DNA of 64,000 bases from Promethearchaeota archaeon (lineage in GTDB: Archaea; Asgardarchaeota; Lokiarchaeia; Sigyniarchaeales; SOKP01): the NCBI GenBank assembly GCA_019058245.1, contig JAHPZJ010000008.1, positions 32,001 through 96,000 on the forward strand, written 5' to 3'. A program made the translations under genes and the position numbers. A model generated the notes under the pieces. The model saw only the letters and a program-made list of their open reading frames with translations, was not told the origin of the DNA and ran no database searches. Each line of letters starts with the position of its first letter. Within the stretch, counting starts at the first letter, position 1. Below, piece after piece: positions 61,107 through 64,000 of this stretch.

Positions 61107-62276
61107 TTAAGGAGCTATAATAGAATTAGGTTTTACCTCTTTTTGGAGCATTTTAAAAGCTTTTTTTGATGTAGAAAAGGTTTTAGCATTATGTTTTTGA
61201 ACAATTTCTTTGAGTTCCTCATCAAATATACGTACAAACACTTCAATATGTGGATAAAAGAAGTTAAGTTTAGAAGTGAGGTAAATAGCCTCATCAAATT
61301 CACACTCCTTTTTCCAACATATAAAAGCTTGAGTAACTTCCTTCAGGTTAACATAAGCTTCTAAATCACTTAAAAACCGAGTATATTTTTTTCGGAGATG
61401 TAATTGTTTGTTTACTTCAAATTCAATACCTTCATGAACGTCGTCAAAAAGGTAAACTTCCCGATCTGGTTGTTGTGATATATGATGTGCGATTCGGTGG
61501 GTTAAATGATCCCTTCCAATTACAATTACAGTTCCAGATCTATTTTTAGTCCATTCATGAATATCATCCATAGCCCATTTAGAAGTGGAGAAGGAAAATG
61601 CATTTAAAGGAGATTCTCCAAGATATTCTTGAATGTGGTCTTCAAAAGCACGAACATATATTTGACAACTTGGATTGATTTTACGTATCTTTTCAGTACA
61701 AATAATTGCAACCCTCACATCATTAATATTGATAAATACTTCATTGGCAGATTTTACATTGGCCAATTCAAGACTAGAATTCTCGGTTGCATCACCAACT
61801 ACTATTGGAAGTCCAGCATTAAGTAAATCTTCTACCAATTCTTCACAATCTTCAATAATAGCGAACCGTTTTTTATTTTTAACACAAAATTCTACAATTC
61901 TCTCTGATAAATGATGATATCCAATTATAACAGCATGATTTCTTTGATGTGTAGCAAGAATTCTGCTGGTAATAACAGGGTTATACTTTTCAAATAATTC
62001 TCCAGTAATAAATCCAAAAAAAATAACTTCTAATAAAATTGGCCAAACTATAGCATAAAACTGACCAAAATATCCCACATCATCAGGAAGCCCTACTGTT
62101 ATTGAAAATAAGATTATTCTGCCAAAATGATAACCTGGTTCTGTAATAAGAAAGAAAAGCAAACCTGCAAACCAAAATAGAAAGAAAAATATAAACTGTA
62201 ATTTATACTGTTTGAGTTTAAGATGGATTGCTATAAAAGCGTTTAGGAGATGCATATCATAAGATAAAGCACACAC
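61107..62276 (-). CDS. Two-TM channel-like protein with RCK/TrkA-N domains
   Basis: TM-pore-TM then HAVIIGY, VVGDAT..L..ANV; second degenerate RCK. Confidence 0.8.
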   Translation of the reverse strand: MCALSYDMHLLNAFIAIHLKLKQYKLQFIFFFLFWFAGLLFFLITEPGYHFGRIILFSITVGLPDDVGYFGQFYAIVWPILLEVIFFGFITGELFEKYNPVITSRILATHQRNHAVIIGYHHLSERIVEFCVKNKKRFAIIEDCEELVEDLLNAGLPIVVGDATENSSLELANVKSANEVFININDVRVAIICTEKIRKINPSCQIYVRAFEDHIQEYLGESPLNAFSFSTSKWAMDDIHEWTKNRSGTVIVIGRDHLTHRIAHHISQQPDREVYLFDDVHEGIEFEVNKQLHLRKKYTRFLSDLEAYVNLKEVTQAFICWKKECEFDEAIYLTSKLNFFYPHIEVFVRIFDEELKEIVQKHNAKTFSTSKKAFKMLQKEVKPNSIIAP

Positions 62277-62341
62277 GTATAAAAAAAATACGATCTTAGA
62301 ATGAGAATCTTTTAAAAAAAGATTAAAAAAAAATTAAAAAA

Positions 62342-62560
62342 ACAGGGCAACCCGGACTTTTAGAATTAATAACCCCCTATGGTATTGATAGTTATGCTGA
62401 TGTTGCAGTACTATTAGATGATATTGTACAAGTGGAAAATTGGGAGAGATGTCCAAAATGTGGGCGGGAAGGTGCGATTTTCCGAGTTTTAGGGCGATTA
62501 ACACCTTCAATAGGAAAGGGATGCAGTTCCTTATTTAGTTTAGAAGCTTTTAAGTTATAA
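62342..62560 (+). pseudogene. C-terminal remnant of a LuxE-like acyl-protein synthetase
   Basis: Manual translation TGQPGLLELITPYGIDSYADVAVLLDDIV...CPKCGREGAIFRVLGRL....GKGCS; in-frame stop at 62324-62326 and no start before the homologous part. Confidence 0.65.
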
Positions 62561-62570
62561 TTAAAGATTT

Positions 62571-63494
62571 TTAAAGAATATAATCAGGATGTCTAACTCC
62601 TAGGTCTTCTAATAAGGGAACTAAAAATTCTGTATTAAATTCTTTTATATGAAACACATTCCCTAAATATAAATCTAAAAATTCTTGGATGTCATACTTT
62701 ATTTTATTTATATCTATAAAGTTATATTCAGGTTCAATTGTTATTTTATCTAAATTCAAAGGACTTACTTGCTTATTTATTAAATAATGCATAAATTGTA
62801 TAAATGTGCTTTCAATTAATTGTTCTTCCTCTTCATTTAATTCATAAACATCATGAGCAATTTTATTTCTAAGGTCATCCATTTTTTTTGTTAATATATC
62901 GAGATTCTTTGGTAAATCTAGCGCTTCGATTTTTTGAGTTACTGTCTTATTATTATGATCTTCAACTTGGGAATCTAGGTAATCCATTAAAGTTGTGTAG
63001 AAACGTATTAAAAATTTAAAGGAATCAATAGATTTATCCTCTTTCCATTTATTATAAGAACTTCCCCACTGATTTAAATTTACACTATCTAAAGCATTTT
63101 TTATCTTAATTTTAATTTTATCCACTTTTTCTATGAAATAATCTGAATAATCCATAAAAGGTTTATTATTCATATCAAATTGATATTTATATGATTTCCC
63201 AAATTCTTTAATCGCCCCTATTTTTTTAATAAGAGATAGATCCTCTATTATTTCTTTCTTTCCAATTTCAGCTGCAAATTTTATCAGATATCTGCATTCA
63301 GGGCAATATGTTACATATGATCCTCGCAATGATGTATATGGCTTAAGCTCAAGTTGATGCTTTCCCTCCGGAAATTCTATAATTTCACCCTTAGATTCTA
63401 TTTGATCAAAATGCGTCTTTTCAAAATGAAAGGATTCTGGAATGAATTGAAAACTACAGACAGGACATTTCACTTTCTCTTTTCTTAATTTCAA
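62571..63494 (-). CDS. Zinc-finger + HEPN-like domain protein
   Basis: CPVC/CPEC at the N-terminus; helical domain with RNKIAH (Rx4H). Confidence 0.6.
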   Translation of the reverse strand: MKLRKEKVKCPVCSFQFIPESFHFEKTHFDQIESKGEIIEFPEGKHQLELKPYTSLRGSYVTYCPECRYLIKFAAEIGKKEIIEDLSLIKKIGAIKEFGKSYKYQFDMNNKPFMDYSDYFIEKVDKIKIKIKNALDSVNLNQWGSSYNKWKEDKSIDSFKFLIRFYTTLMDYLDSQVEDHNNKTVTQKIEALDLPKNLDILTKKMDDLRNKIAHDVYELNEEEEQLIESTFIQFMHYLINKQVSPLNLDKITIEPEYNFIDINKIKYDIQEFLDLYLGNVFHIKEFNTEFLVPLLEDLGVRHPDYIL

Positions 63495-63779
63495 ATTATT
63501 TCACTGTTATTATTATTTGTAATTAAATGCCAAGTAACAAAATAATAAAACCTTATATATTAGGTTTATTGAAAATAATAGCTAGAAATATTATCAAATA
63601 GTATAATATCTATAAAATAACATATACGATATTCATTTGAAAAAATGTATTCTTAATCAAAATTCAAGACTTTCCACCATTATCACATTAACATAGAAAT
63701 AATTAAAAACTAATTGATAAGCTTTAAAAACTAAAGAAAAAAAAGAATTAATATTGAAATTATTATACATTTTAGCAAT

Positions 63780-63995
63780 TTAAAAGTATTTAATAGCTAA
63801 AAGTATGTCATCTCGTGTAATTTTTTTACGTTTTGCGTGTTTAGTTAATTGTAACGCAGTTTTTGTCAGTTTCTCAGCAGATGAGCCCAACCAATCAACC
63901 AATTCATCTACTGCATCACGAGCAACGATTATAGCCCCATTATGTTTCATTAATCTTCTAATAGGACTCCAACTTATATATTCAGAACCAGCCAT
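63780..63995 (-). CDS. Archaeal histone-fold protein
   Basis: SPIRRLMK..GA..VA.DA, HAKRKKITRDDI.LA. Confidence 0.92.
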   Translation of the reverse strand: MAGSEYISWSPIRRLMKHNGAIIVARDAVDELVDWLGSSAEKLTKTALQLTKHAKRKKITRDDILLAIKYF

Positions 63996-64000
63996 TTTTT

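Noticed and set aside
993-61914. Numerous 60-106 aa ORFs antisense to or nested in longer genes (e.g. 3945, 10372, 31562, 47904, 55726)
   Set aside because: Shadow ORFs of well-supported genes, with no motifs

Overview
A 64 kb, very AT-rich archaeal chromosomal window. Gene content points to an Asgard archaeon, most likely Lokiarchaeia (inference). It encodes several eukaryotic-signature proteins: a roadblock-Rab-pseudoGTPase fusion, a second Rab-like GTPase, a longin/roadblock protein, a RING-H2/TPR protein, a tandem SH3 protein, WD40 and TPR proteins, and a histone. Metabolic genes include thiDN/thiC, an ADP-forming acyl-CoA synthetase alpha subunit, three tandem acyl-CoA ligases, three flavin oxidoreductases, DsrEFH/TusBCD, a GH3 glycosidase and a haloalkane dehalogenase. 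Two paralogous ABC-exporter modules have different regulators and visible candidate operators. No rRNA, intact tRNA, CRISPR array, transposase or integrase was recognised. The main observations are: (1) three genes appear to start at non-canonical ATA/ATT codons 5-6 nt after a GGTGA/GGTGG Shine-Dalgarno, two of them supported by paralogues inside the window; (2) a membrane-anchored bPH_2-XRE regulator heads an ABC operon; (3) the roadblock-Rab fusion has a G3 Gly-to-Ala change and a degenerate second G domain; (4) two acyl-CoA ligases share a 727-bp identical block; (5) four gene remnants (amidohydrolase, ferredoxin, MFS, LuxE), three of them absent from the ORF track; (6) an RCK channel with an altered filter, a Zn-finger/HEPN protein and a claudin-like tetraspan protein. 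All calls come from reading motifs by eye; no searches were run.
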